A stretch of DNA of 64,000 nt from Phyllobates terribilis (taxonomy: Eukaryota). A model generated the notes under the pieces. It was not told the DNA's origin, did not search any database, and saw only the letters and a program-made list of their open reading frames with translations. Where the stretch lies: contig NW_027362767.1 of assembly GCF_046119375.1 (NCBI RefSeq), forward strand, positions 255,688,001-255,752,000, written 5' to 3'. The position numbers and the translations under genes were made by a program. This document shows, in pieces, positions 62,090 to 64,000 of the stretch (its first letter is position 1; every line of letters begins with the position of its first letter).

Positions 62090-63732
62090 CAGTTTCGCTC
62101 AAAAGTTTACATACCCCGGCAGAATTTTTGCTTTCTTGGCCTTGTTTCAAAGAATATGAATGATAACAAAAAAACTTTTTCTCCACTCATGGTTATTTTT
62201 TGGGTGAAGCCATTTATTGTCAAACTACTGTGTTTTCTCTTTTAAAATCTTAATGACAACTAAAAACATCCAAATTACCCTGATCAGAAGTTCACATATG
62301 CTGGTGATTTTGGCCTGATAACATGCACAAAATTTGACACAAATGGGTTTGAATGGCTACTAAAGGTAACATCCTCACCGGTGACCTGTTTGCTTGTAAT
62401 CAGTGTATGTGCATAAAAGCTGAGTGAGTTTCTGGGATCAAGACAGACTCTTGCATCTTTCATCCCGCCACTGACGTTTCTGGATTGTGAGTCATGGGGA
62501 AAGCAAAAGAATTGTCAATGGCTCTACGGGACAAGGTAGGTGAACTGTATAACACAAGAAAGGGATACAAAAAAATATCCAAGGAATTGATAATGCCAGT
62601 CAGCAGCGTTCAAACTGTGATTAACAAATGGAAAATCAGGGGCTCTGTAAAAACCAAACCACGGTCAGGTAGACCAACAAAACTTTTGGCCACAACTGCC
62701 AGTAAAATTGTTCGGTATGCAAAGAAAAACCCACAAATAACATCAGCTGAAATTCAGGACTCTCTGAAAACTAGCAGTGTGGCTGTTTCAAGATGCGCAA
62801 TAAAGAGACACTTGAAGAAAAATGGGCTGCATGGTCGAGTCGCCAGAAGAAAGCCTTTACTGCGCAAATGCCACAAAGTATCTCACCTACAATACGCCAA
62901 ACAGCACAGAGACAAGCCTCAAAACTTCTGGAACAAGGTAATTTGGAGTGATGAGACCAAAATTGTACCTTTTGGCCACAACCATAAACGTTACATTTGG
63001 AGAGAGGTCAACAAGGCCTATGATGAAAGGAACACCATTCCTACAGTAAAGCATGGAGGTGGATTGCTGATGTTTTGGGGATGTGTGAGCTACAAAAGCA
63101 CAGGAAATGTGGTAAAAGTTGAAGGAAAGATGAATGCAGCATGTTATCAGTAAATACTGAAGGCAAATTTGCACTCATCAGCCCGGAAGCTGCGCATGGG
63201 ACGTACTTGGATGTTCCAACATGACAACGATCCAAAACACAAGGCCAAGTTGACCTGTCATTGGCTACAGAAGAACAAAGTGAAGGTTCTGGAGTGGCCA
63301 TCTCAGTCTCCTGACCTCAATATCATTGAGCCACTCTGGGGAGATCTCAAGCGCGCAGTTCATGCTGGACAGCCCAGGAATTTACAGGAACTGGAGGCTT
63401 TTTGCCAAGAAGAATGGGCAGCTTTACCATCCAAGAAAATAAAGAACCTCATCCACAACTACCACAAAAGACTTCAAGCTGTCATTGATGTTAGAGGGGG
63501 CAATACACGGTATTAAGAACTGGGGTATGTGAACTTTTGATCAGGGTCATTTGGATGTTTTTTGTTGTCATTAAGATTTAAAAAGAGAAAACACAGTAGT
63601 TTGACAATAAATGGCTTCACCCATCCAATAACCATGAGTGGAGAAATTTTTTTTGGTATCATTCATATTCTCTGAAACAAGGCGAAGAGAGGAAAAATTC
63701 TGCCGAGGTATGTAAACTTTTGAGCACAACTG
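62090..63732 (+). mobile_element. Tc1-family transposon, full length; transposase 62494-63516 has one in-frame stop (63151-63153)
   Basis: TA-flanked TIRs CAGTT(T/G)(C/T)GCTCAAAAGTTTACATACC. MGKAKELS...YQ*ILKANL...GGNTRY spans 340 codons in a single frame. Confidence 0.95.
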
Positions 63733-63813
63733 TATGTATGTGTGTGTATGTATGTATATATATATATATATATAAAATGTACATACACATTACGCACACC
63801 CACTGTCCATATA

Positions 63814-63945
63814 CAGTGGCGTGTAAAAGTTTTGGCACCCCTGGTCAAAATTACTGCTACTGTCAACAGTTAAGCAAGTTGAAGATGAAATGATCTCTAA
63901 AAGGCCTAAAGTTAAATATGACACATTTACTTTGTATTTTATTAA
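63814..63945. mobile_element. Terminal fragment of a further Tc1-like element
   Basis: TA then CAGTGGCGTGTAAAAGTTTTGGCACCCCTGGTC, a typical Tc1 TIR start; it degrades into A-rich sequence. Confidence 0.6.
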
Positions 63946-64000
63946 AAGAAAAAAAAAAAAGAAAAAAAATAATATATATTTATTATTGTCATTTTTTACT

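Overview
Vertebrate genomic DNA, most likely a frog (inferred from the repeat content; the species cannot be determined). Four spliced protein-coding genes can be rebuilt exon by exon from GT-AG sites and homology: ATP6AP1 (-, 10 exons, 454 aa), TAFAZZIN (-, 10 exons, 262 aa, exon-5-less form), an SLC25A20-like carnitine/acylcarnitine carrier (-, 9 exons, 302 aa) and DNASE1L1 (+, first 6 coding exons). This is the block syntenic to human Xq28 DNASE1L1-TAZ-ATP6AP1, with an extra carrier gene inside it. The first 12.8 kb is a 38-bp satellite interrupted by a solo LTR. The rest holds at least six Tc1-type transposons plus a fragment (one intact DD34E, one DD38E with an intact ORF), MITEs, a tRNA-derived SINE and several minisatellites that explain most of the long ORFs in the track. 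The most notable observations are: a hammerhead ribozyme motif in the loop of a ~430-bp near-perfect inverted repeat in TAFAZZIN intron 2; about 44 perfect CRE octamers arrayed in ATP6AP1 intron 1; and a deleted tandem-duplicate remnant of the carrier gene that preserves the single-unit ancestor of a 3'UTR minisatellite. All coordinates were read by hand and no database searches were run.
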